From: Candidatus Saccharimonadales bacterium
GTDB taxonomy: Bacteria; Chloroflexota; Limnocylindria; P2-11E
Direction of reading: 5' to 3'
Assembly: GCA_035493615.1 (NCBI GenBank)
Contig: DATJHW010000085.1
Location: forward strand, 1,363 to 65,362
DNA length: 64,000 nucleotides
Shown piece by piece: positions 51,149 through 60,119 of the stretch; the first letter of the stretch is position 1; every line of letters starts with the position of its first letter. The notes below the pieces were generated by a model. That model was not told where the DNA came from. It searched no databases and worked only from the letters and a program-made list of their open reading frames with translations. Made by a program: the position numbers and the translations under genes.

Positions 51149-51192
51149 TTAGGTCACCTCCCTTCCTCGAAAAGTGATCGGCGCGTCCAGCG

Positions 51193-51432
51193 TCAGAACA
51201 GCCGCCGCTGCCGCCCGGTCATGCGACCGGCCTGGCTGGAGCGGGCGAGCCATTCCTCGAATTCGCGTCGCGGGATGCGCCAGATCCGACCGACCCGGAC
51301 CGCGGGAATGCGTTCCGGATCCGCGTCGTCCACTGCGCCGAGGCGGCGCAAGATGGTCGTGGGGTGGACACGCAGGCGCTTGGCCACCTCGTCGGTCGTT
51401 AGGAACTCAGCGTCGTCCGACAACGTGGACAC
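51193..51432 (-). CDS. Helix-turn-helix DNA-binding protein (excisionase/MerR-like HTH_17 type)
   Basis: GTG 51432 is preceded by AGGAGG. VSTLSDDAEFLTTDEVAKRLRVHPTTILRRL...IPAVRVGRIWRIPRREFEEWL. Confidence 0.7.
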   Translation of the reverse strand: MSTLSDDAEFLTTDEVAKRLRVHPTTILRRLGAVDDADPERIPAVRVGRIWRIPRREFEEWLARSSQAGRMTGRQRRLF

Positions 51433-51464
51433 TGCACCTCCTGCGGGGACAGCTGCTACGAGCA

Positions 51465-52127
51465 TCACCTGCGTGAGTGCACTCTACCTGCACCGTCAAG
51501 CGCCGGCAAGGCCCGCCACGACCGTCCGAGGAGCCGGAGCGCGCTGTCGAGCTGCGCCCGGTTCGCCGGATCGTTCAGCCATCGGGAGGCGCCGCTCGGG
51601 TGCGGCAACGGGATGAGCAGGGCGTTGTTCAGCCGCGGGCTTCGCTTCGATCGCCCGACCACGTCGCTCAGCGCCGCTTTTCCCCAGAGGCGGTCGATCG
51701 CGAGCGTGCCGACGAGCAGGATGATCTCCGGCCGCATCAGCGCGAGCTCGGCCTCGAGCCACGGCCTGCAGAGCGCGATCTCCGGGGGCGACGGCCGGCG
51801 GTCCCCCGCTCCGGCCGAAGCCTTTCCCGGGAAGCACTTGGTGATCGCCGTGCGGTACGGCAGGTCGTCCTCGCCGATCCCCGCGCGCGCGAGCCAGCGG
51901 CGCAGCTCCGCGCCGGCGCGACCGGAGAATGGCGTGCGTGTGGTGAGCTCGACGATGCCTGGCGCCTGGCCGACGATCAGCACCCGGTCGGCGATGTCGC
52001 CCGCCACGACGGGCGCGGCCATGTCGAGGTAGCCCGCCGCGACACACTTCGTGCACGCCCGGATCCGGGCGTGAAGGCGTTTGAGCTTCGCGGCATCCGT
52101 CGCCGAGCGCTGTGGGTGCGATGTCAT
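51465..52127 (-). CDS. Uracil-DNA glycosylase superfamily protein (family 4/5-like)
   Basis: 220 aa. CTKC...VLIVGQAPG...PFSGRAG...HPSGASRW motifs. Confidence 0.8.
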   Translation of the reverse strand: MTSHPQRSATDAAKLKRLHARIRACTKCVAAGYLDMAAPVVAGDIADRVLIVGQAPGIVELTTRTPFSGRAGAELRRWLARAGIGEDDLPYRTAITKCFPGKASAGAGDRRPSPPEIALCRPWLEAELALMRPEIILLVGTLAIDRLWGKAALSDVVGRSKRSPRLNNALLIPLPHPSGASRWLNDPANRAQLDSALRLLGRSWRALPALDGAGRVHSRR

Positions 52128-52222
52128 GGAGTCACACGACGTTAGGAGATGTGCCTATTCGGTGGAGGCGGATCTGCGCCGATCGGGATCCCACGAGGCA
52201 GCTCCGGAACATCGCGCGTCGC

Positions 52223-52228
52223 TACACT
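52223..52228 (+). promoter_or_regulatory. Candidate -10 box (TACACT) for tRNA-Pro(GGG)
   Basis: GCTACACTGAGTG lies 14 nt before the tRNA and is shared with the 37055..37067 box. Confidence 0.4.
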
Positions 52229-52241
52229 GAGTGAGTTTTCA

Positions 52242-52318
52242 CGGGGTGTGGCCTAGCCCGGTTCAAGGCGCCAGTCTGGGGGACTGGAGATTCGCGGGTT
52301 CAAATCCCGCCACCCCGA
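52242..52318 (+). tRNA. tRNA-Pro (anticodon GGG)
   Basis: CGGGGTG/TG/GCCT-AGCCCGGTTCA-AGGC/G/CCAGT-CTGGGGG-ACTGG/AGATTC/GCGGG-TTCAAAT-CCCGC/CACCCCG/A. 77 nt. My hand fold gives a 6-nt variable region. Confidence 0.8.
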
Positions 52319-52366
52319 CAGCGAGTGAACTAGCAGGTTACTTCGCCGCAAGGCGCGCAAGCCAGT

Positions 52367-53662
52367 TCAGGCTTCCACCGCCGCCGGGACGCTGGCCGGC
52401 AGCGCGACATGGAACGAGGTCCCCTTCCCCACTTCGCTGTCGGCCCAGATGCGTCCGTTGTGCCGGTCGACGATCTCCTTCGTGATGTAGAGCCCGAGGC
52501 CCATACCGCCGACGTCGCGCGCGAGACGGTCCGGCGACCGGTAGAACAAGCCGAACACCCGCTGGAGCTCGGCCGGCCGGATCCCGATCCCGTGATCGCC
52601 CACCGAGAACTCGACCTCCCCGTCGCCGGCACGCTTCACGACGACGTCGATCGAGCCGCCATCCGGCGAATACTTCATCGCGTTGCCGATGAGATTGTTC
52701 AGCACCTGTTCGAGGTGGTCGCGGTCACCGCGGACGCCGAGCTTCGCTTCCGGGTCGTAGTTGAGGCGGAGCTCGTGCTTCGTGGCCATGAGCTGATGAC
52801 GGCGCATGACCTCGGCGATGAGCTCCGGGAGGTCGACGTCCGACACGCGCAGCTCGAGCCGTCCGGATTCGATCCGCGACACGTCAAGCAGCTCGTCAAC
52901 GAGGCGCGCGAGCTTCGACGTCTGGCGCTGCACCACCTCCAGCTGCTCGAGCAGCGTCTCCTCCTCTTTCTTCCAATCCGTCTCGCTCGGGCGTCCCGCG
53001 CCGATACGTCGCTTGATCCGGCGCACCGCGATCTGTACGAAGCCGGACATCGCCGTGATCGGCGTCTTGAGCTCGTGCGACGCGATCGAGAGGAACTGCG
53101 ATTTGAGCTTGTCGAGCTCCTGGAGCTTCTCGTAGCTCGACTGCAGCTCCGTCCGGGCCTCGTCGAGATCGCGGACCCGCGCCTGGAGCTCGGCCGTCGC
53201 GCGGGCGACCCGGTCCTGGAGCCCCTCGTTCAGGTCGTTGATCGTGCGGTTCGCAGCCTCGAGGTCCGCGACCCGCGCCCGCAGCTGCTCGCCGAGCTTG
53301 CGGCGCTCGAGGCCGCGGGCGACGGTCGCACGGAGCTCTTCGACGTCGGCGGGCTTCAGCATGTAGTCGTATGCGCCCTCGCGGAGGGCCTTCACGGCCG
53401 ACTCGAGCGACGCGTAGCCGGTGAGGACGATGCCCACGGTCTCCCGCGACTTGCGCCGGGCCGCGGCGAGGACGTCCATCCCGTCGAAGTCGTCCAGGCG
53501 AAGGTCGGTCAGCACGAGGTCGAACTCCTCCGCCTCGATCTGCGCGAGCGCGTCGTCGGCGCGGAGCGCCGTCGCGACGCTGTAGCCATCCATCTCGAGG
53601 ATGGCGGCCATCGTGACGGTGACGCTCTCCTCGTCGTCGACGATGAGGACCCTAGGCGGCAT
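52367..53662 (-). CDS. Hybrid response regulator / histidine kinase (REC-HisKA-HATPase_c)
   Basis: 431 aa. REC: VLIVDDEESV...DLVLTDLRLDDFDG...MLKP. HisKA: FLSIASHELKTPITA. HATPase: DRDHLEQVLNNLIGNAMKY...GMGLGLYITKEIV. Confidence 0.85.
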   Translation of the reverse strand: MPPRVLIVDDEESVTVTMAAILEMDGYSVATALRADDALAQIEAEEFDLVLTDLRLDDFDGMDVLAAARRKSRETVGIVLTGYASLESAVKALREGAYDYMLKPADVEELRATVARGLERRKLGEQLRARVADLEAANRTINDLNEGLQDRVARATAELQARVRDLDEARTELQSSYEKLQELDKLKSQFLSIASHELKTPITAMSGFVQIAVRRIKRRIGAGRPSETDWKKEEETLLEQLEVVQRQTSKLARLVDELLDVSRIESGRLELRVSDVDLPELIAEVMRRHQLMATKHELRLNYDPEAKLGVRGDRDHLEQVLNNLIGNAMKYSPDGGSIDVVVKRAGDGEVEFSVGDHGIGIRPAELQRVFGLFYRSPDRLARDVGGMGLGLYITKEIVDRHNGRIWADSEVGKGTSFHVALPASVPAAVEA

Positions 53663-55721
53663 TCGGCGGTGGACCTCCGATCGGCAGGGTCATGCTGAAC
53701 ACCGAGCCGCCGCCCGGGCGGTTGCGCACCTGAAGCCGGCCGCCGTGGCTTTGGGCGATCCCGAGGCTGACCCAGAGGCCGAGGCCGGTGCCCTTCTCCC
53801 CCTTGGTCGAGAAGAACGGCTCGAAGATGTGCGGCAGGTATTCCTCCGCGATGCCCGGCCCGGTGTCGGCGACCTGGATCCGGACCGCGTCCGTCCGGAT
53901 GAAGCCCGACGCCGCGTCGCGATGCGATTCCGTCGAGACGGTCACGAGCCCACCCTTCGGCATGGCCTCGGCGGCGTTCAGCACGAGATTGAGGATGACC
54001 TGCTTGATCTGGTCGGCGGAAGCCATGACCCGGGGCAGGTCCGGCTCGAGCTGCTTTTCGACCTTCACGTTGCGCTCGCGCAGCCGTTTCGTGACGAGGG
54101 CCTCGGCCTCGTCGACGAGCGCGTTGAGATCCGTCGGCACGAGGTCCGCGGCCGGCCGGTAGAAGCCGAGCATCTGGCGCAGGATCCGGCTCATGCGCTC
54201 GGTCTCTTTCATCGCGATGTTGAGGAACTTCGCGTTCGGATCGTCCTCCGGGATCCGCTTCACGAGGAGATAGAGCGCGTTCTGGATCGCCTCGAGCGGG
54301 TTGTTGATCTCGTGCGCGATCGACGCCGCGAGCCGGCCGGTGGCCGCGAGCTTCTCGGAGTCGAACAGCGCCTGCTCCAGGCGGCGGCGCTCGAGCTCGC
54401 GCAGCCGGCCGACGTCCTGCATGACGGACACGGTCGCGACCGTCGCGCCCATGGCGTCACGCACCTCGTTCGCGGTCACCTGCATCTCGAGCTCCTCGCC
54501 GGTGTCCACGTCGGTGAGCCGCAGCTCGCCGGATCGCCGGGGCGACGGGTCGAGCGACAGCTGGGCCAGGAACGAGGTGAACTTCGCGTCGTTGCGCATC
54601 GCGACCTGCGCCCGCCGGGGCTGGCCGAGCGGATCACGCGGCGGCTTGAACAGCCGTTCCGCCGCCGCGTTCAGGCTCACGATCTCCTCGGTGTTGTCCA
54701 CCACGATGATCGGGTTCGGCACGTTCCGGAGGACGAGGTCCAACCGGTCGCGTTCCATGCGGATCTCCTGGTCGACCGATTGCAGCCGCTGGATGTTGGC
54801 CGAGAGCTCCTGGGTCACGTGCCGGAGATCGGTCACGTTCTTGAGCACGGACACGACGCCCTTCGTGCCGATGCGGAAGTTCGTGGCCGGCGACGTGATC
54901 ACCTCGAAGATGAGCTCGTCACCTTCGATCGGGTCGACCAAGGTCAGCTCACGCGTGCGCTCGCTGGCGCTCTGGAGGTTCCACGTCGACAGCGCCGCCG
55001 TGAAGAGGAAGTTGTTCATCGAGATCGCGTGGGCCTTTCCAGGGCTGTCGTCCCTGCCGCTCTTGAAGAGCAGCTCGGCGCCGTGATTCGCGAGCACGAG
55101 CTCGTTCTGCTCGTCGGTCACGACGACCGGGTCGGCGAACGCGTTCACCATCCACCACAGCCATTCCTTCTCGATCGCGTGCGCCTCGCCACCATGGCGC
55201 AGCTCCGCCACGTCGCGGGCCTGCGCGAGGAGGCTGCTCGCCTGATTGGTGAACGGCGCCAGGGCCTGCACGTCCGCGTCGCTCGCGGGCGCGCCCTTTG
55301 ACAGGAGGACGACGCCGATCGGCGGCTGTCCGGAGCTGCGGAGTGGCGTGACCACGAAGGTCTCGAAGCCGAGCTCCGTCAGGACCTCGCGAGTCGTCTC
55401 GGTGATCCGCTCGTCGGACGCTGTGTCGTCGACGCGTTGGGTCACCCCGCTGTGCAAGGCGACCACGCTCGGGTCCTGGAGGTTGGCGAGCGGGACGGTG
55501 AATGCCTCGGCGATCTGGTCTGCGATCCCCCGGCCGAAGCGGCCACGGATGACCCGCGTGCGCTCGTCGACGATCGCCACGAGCGACCGCTCGTATCCGA
55601 ATGCGCGCGCGAGGCCGTCGAGCACCGGCAGGAGCGCCGCTTCGGGATCGCTCCCGGCCAGCAGCTCGCGAGGCAGCGCATCGATGTCGTCGAGCGCGGA
55701 ACGCCCGGTCGCTCCGGCCAT
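53652..55721 (-). CDS. Sensor histidine kinase with N-terminal GAF-like and PAS-like domains
   Basis: 689 aa, no obvious TM segment. H-box LAASIAHEINNPLEAI. N/G boxes ILNLVLNAAEAM, DTGPGI, GTGLGLWVS. 11-nt overlap with the downstream hybrid kinase. Confidence 0.85.
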   Translation of the reverse strand: MAGATGRSALDDIDALPRELLAGSDPEAALLPVLDGLARAFGYERSLVAIVDERTRVIRGRFGRGIADQIAEAFTVPLANLQDPSVVALHSGVTQRVDDTASDERITETTREVLTELGFETFVVTPLRSSGQPPIGVVLLSKGAPASDADVQALAPFTNQASSLLAQARDVAELRHGGEAHAIEKEWLWWMVNAFADPVVVTDEQNELVLANHGAELLFKSGRDDSPGKAHAISMNNFLFTAALSTWNLQSASERTRELTLVDPIEGDELIFEVITSPATNFRIGTKGVVSVLKNVTDLRHVTQELSANIQRLQSVDQEIRMERDRLDLVLRNVPNPIIVVDNTEEIVSLNAAAERLFKPPRDPLGQPRRAQVAMRNDAKFTSFLAQLSLDPSPRRSGELRLTDVDTGEELEMQVTANEVRDAMGATVATVSVMQDVGRLRELERRRLEQALFDSEKLAATGRLAASIAHEINNPLEAIQNALYLLVKRIPEDDPNAKFLNIAMKETERMSRILRQMLGFYRPAADLVPTDLNALVDEAEALVTKRLRERNVKVEKQLEPDLPRVMASADQIKQVILNLVLNAAEAMPKGGLVTVSTESHRDAASGFIRTDAVRIQVADTGPGIAEEYLPHIFEPFFSTKGEKGTGLGLWVSLGIAQSHGGRLQVRNRPGGGSVFSMTLPIGGPPPNAA

Positions 55722-55739
55722 CAGCCGGTCACCGAGCCG

Positions 55740-56045
55740 CTAGCGGCGTTCCGCGGCGCCGGCTGGTGCCGACGACGGCGTACCGGACATCCCGCCCGAA
55801 CCGATCGAGCCACCGGTCGTGCTGCCGCCTGGAGCGGGACGCGCGACCGTACCGGTGATGCCAAGCGCCTCGGCGTAACGCAGGTAGGTGTCGATCGACG
55901 CCACCACGACGCGGGCTTCGACCGTGATGAGGTCGATCCCGACGAGCGAGACGCGGATCCAGGCGTCGATGACGATGCCCTTGTCGAGGATGCGGTCCAG
56001 GACATCGATGAGGCTCGATCCACCAGCGGCGCGTTCAACGGGCAT
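55740..56045 (-). CDS. gvpA: Gas vesicle structural protein GvpA-type with Gly/Ser/Pro-rich C-terminal tail
   Basis: [55 protein letters not shown] is the canonical GvpA core. 101 aa. Confidence 0.85.
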   Translation of the reverse strand: MPVERAAGGSSLIDVLDRILDKGIVIDAWIRVSLVGIDLITVEARVVVASIDTYLRYAEALGITGTVARPAPGGSTTGGSIGSGGMSGTPSSAPAGAAERR

Positions 56046-56056
56046 CTTCTCTTCTC

Positions 56057-56407
56057 CTAGCGTTTCGGAGTCGCGGACTTCAACGTGCGTTCCAGATCGG
56101 CGATGCGTGTCTCGAGACGTCTGATCTCGGCAGCTCCTTCGCCACCACTCGTGGCAGCGGGGGCAGCGCCGCTGGCCATCGTCGCCGGCGCGACGAGGTT
56201 GCGGTCATAGCGCCACCAGTTCAACCCGATCTGTTCGGCCTTGTCGATCGAGCAGACCAGGAGCCGGATGCGGATGGTCAGCAGCTCGACGTTCGCGAGC
56301 GAGATGCTGATATCGCCTGCCACGACGAGGCCCTTGTCGAGGACCCGATCGAGGATGTCGATGATGCTCGTCGACGGTCCGGGGGCGACGCTTCGTGACA
56401 TGCTCAT
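56057..56407 (-). CDS. gvpJ: Gas vesicle protein GvpJ/GvpM-type (GvpA family)
   Basis: [53 protein letters not shown]. 116 aa. Confidence 0.8.
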   Translation of the reverse strand: MSMSRSVAPGPSTSIIDILDRVLDKGLVVAGDISISLANVELLTIRIRLLVCSIDKAEQIGLNWWRYDRNLVAPATMASGAAPAATSGGEGAAEIRRLETRIADLERTLKSATPKR

Positions 56408-56414
56408 TGGCGGC

Positions 56415-56735
56415 TCACAATAGCTTTCCGATCGGTCCGAGGCCGAGGTTGAGGTCGTCCGGGTCCACGCCGAACGCCTCGGCCATCTCTCTGACCTTGG
56501 CCTCGAGGCGCATCAGCGCGACACCCACCCGTTCGATCTCATCATCGGCCAGCGTTCCTCCGTCCATTCGTCTGATCGCCTGACGCTCGAGAAGCTGCCG
56601 AAGGAACTCGACCAGGGTGAGGACCAGCTTCGCCAACCCCTGCTCGACACCTTCGGGATCGACATTGACGCGGTCCGGCAGGAGTCCCCGAACGCGCTCC
56701 AGCTCCCGCCGCAGCTCGCCGATCTCATCCTCCAT
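56415..56735 (-). CDS. gvpK: Gas vesicle protein GvpK
   Basis: ATG 56735. VDPEGVEQGLAKLVLTLVEFLRQLLERQAIRRMDGGTLADDEIERVGVALMRLE is typical GvpK. Confidence 0.8.
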   Translation of the reverse strand: MEDEIGELRRELERVRGLLPDRVNVDPEGVEQGLAKLVLTLVEFLRQLLERQAIRRMDGGTLADDEIERVGVALMRLEAKVREMAEAFGVDPDDLNLGLGPIGKLL

Positions 56736-57423
56736 GGCCGCTCCCCAGCTCCTCGGTGAAGCTGTAGGGAGGCCACGGACCGCTGACCACGGCGCGGACC
56801 CCGTCGATCGCACCCGCGGCCACCGCCGCTCGCGCCTTCAGCGCGTCAGCCTCGTCCTTTTCGGCCAGCAGCGACATGGACAGCGCCACCTCGGCACTCG
56901 GGCAACTTTCGTGCCGAACGTCCGCTTGGTCGACCGCCAGCTGGGCTGCGAGGCGCGCTGCGAACGCGTCCCCGGCGGTGCGGCGGTCGGCGGTGACCGC
57001 GTGCATCGCGCGTTGCCGCTCGAGGAACGCACGGCCCGACAAGGCGACGGCATGCCCGCGGCCCTCGGTCACGGCGGCGTCACGCCAAAGGAGCGTGATC
57101 GCGATCTCGCGGCGGTCGGCGAGCCGGTCGACCGCGGCGGTGAACCGGTCCTCCGAGACCTCGAGCGAACGCCGCGCGGCCTCGGCGTCCGCCAGCCACG
57201 TCCCGAATCGGACCGGGAGGCACGGGCCGGCGTCGCAGAGCACCGCGACCAGGTCGTGGTGCGCGAACGCGTCATCGCGCGAGAGCTTCGGCTCGCCTTC
57301 CCAGACCGTCGCCCAGAGGCCGAGCTCCCCGGCCGCGATCTGCTCGAGTGGACGGCCGCCGACCCCGCTCTCCGGTCCGCCCGTGGCGCGCCGGGTGATC
57401 GCGTGGGCGAGGAGCCGGGTCAC
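56725..57423 (-). CDS. gvpL: Gas vesicle protein, GvpL/GvpF family
   Basis: GTG 57423 (GTGA overlap). LLAHAITRR...LPVRFGTWL...VVSGPWPPYSFT C-terminal signature of the L/F family. Confidence 0.75.
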   Translation of the reverse strand: MTRLLAHAITRRATGGPESGVGGRPLEQIAAGELGLWATVWEGEPKLSRDDAFAHHDLVAVLCDAGPCLPVRFGTWLADAEAARRSLEVSEDRFTAAVDRLADRREIAITLLWRDAAVTEGRGHAVALSGRAFLERQRAMHAVTADRRTAGDAFAARLAAQLAVDQADVRHESCPSAEVALSMSLLAEKDEADALKARAAVAAGAIDGVRAVVSGPWPPYSFTEELGSGHGG

Positions 57424-57617
57424 TTCTTGCGCGCCTCCAGCTGGGCGATCGATTCGGTCGCGGCGAGGATCACGTTGAGCCCCAGGTAGATCAGGTCTAC
57501 GCCGGCCACGGAGATGGTCGCCTCGCCGGTGATGACGACGCCGCGATTGAGCAGCCGATCCGCGAGGTCCAGCACGCTGAGCTCCTCGTCCGGCAGGGCG
57601 GCGAGCCGGCCGGTCAT
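57420..57617 (-). CDS. gvpS: Small GvpA-family protein (GvpS-like)
   Basis: ATG 57617 (ATGA overlap). LSVLDLADRLLNRGVVITGEATISVAGVDLIYLGLNVILAATESI. 65 aa. Confidence 0.75.
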   Translation of the reverse strand: MTGRLAALPDEELSVLDLADRLLNRGVVITGEATISVAGVDLIYLGLNVILAATESIAQLEARKK

Positions 57618-58399
57618 GAGAGCTCGACCGTGGCGAAGCGATACGCGGGCCACGGACCGCTGAGCTCCAGCGCGTAGCCGCGCGCATCCCACCGCTTGAC
57701 GTACGCCGTGATGATCCCGTCGAGCTCGATGCCGGCGTCGCGACGTGCGAGCACCGAGAACCGCGCGAGCATCCCGCCGCCGGCATCTTCGACGAGCGGC
57801 TCGCGGAACAGTCGCATCTGCGCGCGCTCGAACGCCTCGGTCGCGTCGACGATGGCCGCTGCGTCGGCCGCACGGAGCTCCGTCCGCTTCGTCTCATCGA
57901 GCTGGCGCGTGAGCAGGTAGCCGCGTCCGGGCGGGGCCGCCTCGATCTCCGAACGCAGCGCGCGGAGCGGCTCGCTCTCCTCCTCGAGCCGCGCGAGCGC
58001 CTTCGCCCTGTCGCGGCGAACGACGGCGATCCACTCCGCCCGGCCTCGCAGCGCTTCGAACCGCGGCCCCATCTCCGCGGCGCGCTCCGCGAGCATGCGC
58101 GCGACGCCCGGGGTGTCGCGGAACACCGTCCCGAATGAGAGCGGCACGAGCGGATCGCAGACGGCCGCGAGCGCCGCGTTCACCTCTTGATGACGCACCG
58201 CGCGCGGAGTGAGCCATTCCATGTCGGCGAGGTGTGCGTTCAGGGGCTCCTCCGCGTATTCGCGCTCCGGCACGTCGCTCACGAATGCCGCCAGGTCGCC
58301 CGCGCCGACCGTCCGGACGGCGCCGTCGTCGAGCCCGCGGAGCCCAGCGGGCGCGGTGCTGCCGGCGCGCGCGATCGCGTACACGTAGACCAGGCTCAC
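57614..58399 (-). CDS. Gas vesicle protein, GvpF/GvpL family (second paralogue)
   Basis: MSLVYVYAIAR...VPLSFGTVF...LSGPWPAYRFATV. 261 aa. Confidence 0.8.
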   Translation of the reverse strand: MSLVYVYAIARAGSTAPAGLRGLDDGAVRTVGAGDLAAFVSDVPEREYAEEPLNAHLADMEWLTPRAVRHQEVNAALAAVCDPLVPLSFGTVFRDTPGVARMLAERAAEMGPRFEALRGRAEWIAVVRRDRAKALARLEEESEPLRALRSEIEAAPPGRGYLLTRQLDETKRTELRAADAAAIVDATEAFERAQMRLFREPLVEDAGGGMLARFSVLARRDAGIELDGIITAYVKRWDARGYALELSGPWPAYRFATVELS

Positions 58400-58734
58400 C
58401 CGGGGCGGTCGAGCTCCTCGGGGGTCTCGATCACGGCAACACGTTCGTCCCCGGTCTCGGAGAGCAGGCCAGCCAGCTGCTCTTCGGCGAGCTGCCGGCG
58501 GTAGGCCTTGATCTCGGAGTACCGCGCGAGGAGCGGAGCCTCCTGGCGGCGGAACTCGGCTTCGTCGATCTCGCCCTCCTCGAAGCGCAGGTTGAGGAGC
58601 ATGAGGTCCTCTTTCACCGCGGTGTCGTCGGTCATCTCCTGCTCGGCCATGTCGATGACCTGCTGCAGGCAGTACCGGATGCCTGCCGCCGGGAGCGAGT
58701 ACGGAAGTGTGAGCAGCTTGCCAAGGCCGAACAC
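58396..58734 (-). CDS. gvpG: Gas vesicle protein GvpG
   Basis: MFGLGKLLTLPYSLPAAGIRYCLQQVIDMAEQEMTDD...LNLRFEEGEIDEAEFRRQEAPLL is GvpG-like. Confidence 0.8.
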   Translation of the reverse strand: MFGLGKLLTLPYSLPAAGIRYCLQQVIDMAEQEMTDDTAVKEDLMLLNLRFEEGEIDEAEFRRQEAPLLARYSEIKAYRRQLAEEQLAGLLSETGDERVAVIETPEELDRPG

Positions 58735-58737
58735 GGC

Positions 58738-59556
58738 CTAGACCGACGCCGAGCGCTCGAGCTGCAGGCGGATGGTCACGAAGTTATAGGGCGGCCAGGG
58801 GCCGGTGTACCGGAACGAGAGCGTGCCCTCGAACTTCTTGCCGATGTCGTGGACCTTCGCATCGAAGTGCTCCGCCTGATCGCGCCCGACGAGGAAGGCC
58901 GCGTTCATGATCATCTTGTCGCCGATCACCTTGTTGGACCGCGACGCGATCGCCGCGTCGCGCAGGTGGTCGTAGATCTCGCGGACGATCGACTCCGACC
59001 GATCCACGAGCGCCTGCTCGACCAGGCGGCCAAGCTGCATGCGCGCGAAGTAGGTCGACGACTGGGTATTCGTCTCGATCTCGGCCTTCAGCCGGCGGAT
59101 CTCCTCGTTCTGCTCTTCGATCTCGCGCAGGACCTGATCGCGGTCCCAGTTCACCTTGAGCCCGAACTCGAGCTTGTCCTTCATCTTGACCAGGACGTCG
59201 CGGAGCGCGTCGTAGGTGTCCTTCAGGAACTCCACGGTGTCCTCGTCGGTCTTGAACAGCGTGCCGAAGCTCATCGGCACCGGGGTGAACCCGTGCTCGT
59301 TCATCACGACTTCCTGGACGTGCTCGTGGGTGAGGGCGTTCTCGCGCGTCGGGTCGTACACCACGAGCGGCGCCCGGCTGACGACGGCAGCGAGATCGCG
59401 GTAGTGGACCGTGAAGACCTCATCGCTTCGCCCGCCGATGCCGATCTTCCCGAACGCCCGCGGCTCGCTCGACTCGATGATGCAGTAGACGTAGACGCCT
59501 TCCCGGCTGCCCTCGGCGACCGCCGTCGCGCCGCGTTCGTCGCTCATTGGACGCAA
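58738..59556 (-). CDS. gvpF: Gas vesicle protein GvpF
   Basis: GVYVYCII...VHYRDLAAVVS...PMSFGTLFK...YTGPWPPYNFV. 272 aa (the start may be the second Met at 59547). Confidence 0.85.
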   Translation of the reverse strand: MRPMSDERGATAVAEGSREGVYVYCIIESSEPRAFGKIGIGGRSDEVFTVHYRDLAAVVSRAPLVVYDPTRENALTHEHVQEVVMNEHGFTPVPMSFGTLFKTDEDTVEFLKDTYDALRDVLVKMKDKLEFGLKVNWDRDQVLREIEEQNEEIRRLKAEIETNTQSSTYFARMQLGRLVEQALVDRSESIVREIYDHLRDAAIASRSNKVIGDKMIMNAAFLVGRDQAEHFDAKVHDIGKKFEGTLSFRYTGPWPPYNFVTIRLQLERSASV

Positions 59557-59559
59557 ATA

Positions 59560-59790
59560 CTACGTCGCGAGATTGAGGAACTCGCGCGTGAAGCCGTACA
59601 GCTTCTCGCGATCCTCGCGCAGCGCGGGGCGCAATCCGTAGTGATTGATCACCCGGATCTGGGCGGCCGTCCACTCCTTCCAGCACTCGGCGCAGACCCG
59701 CTGCTCGATCTCGTTCCCGAGCGCGCCGGGCAGGCCGGTCTTGCCCGCGCCCTCGCGAGTGTTGCCGCAGCGCGCACATGTGACCGTCAT
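59560..59790 (-). CDS. YggX-family Fe(2+)-trafficking / oxidative-damage protection protein
   Basis: 76 aa. VTCARCGNTREGAGKTGLPGALGNEIEQRVCAECWKEWTAAQIRVINHYGL...REFL is collinear with E. coli YggX as I remember it (IFCTFLQREAEG...[31 protein letters not shown]). Confidence 0.7.
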   Translation of the reverse strand: MTVTCARCGNTREGAGKTGLPGALGNEIEQRVCAECWKEWTAAQIRVINHYGLRPALREDREKLYGFTREFLNLAT

Positions 59791-60119
59791 CTGACAAGAC
59801 CGAACCGGCCGATCGGCGCGTACCGGAAGACCGGGCGGCCGACCACGGCCGAGCCGGGGATCGGCCCGAACTGGCGGGAATCGGTCGATTCGGCGGGATC
59901 GGCGTGGTCGCCCTGGATGGTCACTCCGTCCGGTGCCACCGACCGGACGCGCTTCACGAGCAGCCGTTCCGGCTCGCGCGGGTCCGCCGCCACGACGACC
60001 TCGCCGGGACGCGGCGGCCGGCGGAGCCGGCGGACAAGGAGCCAGTCGCCGTCGCGGAAGGTCGGCTCCATGCTCTGTCCGGCGACGGCGACCCTGAACA
60101 GTGCCGTCGCCGGTCTCAC
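59787..60119 (-). CDS. sodX: S26-type signal-peptidase-like protease, probable Ni-SOD maturation protease
   Basis: GTG 60119 (GTGA overlap with the sodN stop). VAVAGQSMEPTFRDGDWLLV...LVKRV...GDHADPAESTDSRQFGPI. Position directly after sodN. Confidence 0.75.
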   Translation of the reverse strand: MRPATALFRVAVAGQSMEPTFRDGDWLLVRRLRRPPRPGEVVVAADPREPERLLVKRVRSVAPDGVTIQGDHADPAESTDSRQFGPIPGSAVVGRPVFRYAPIGRFGLVR

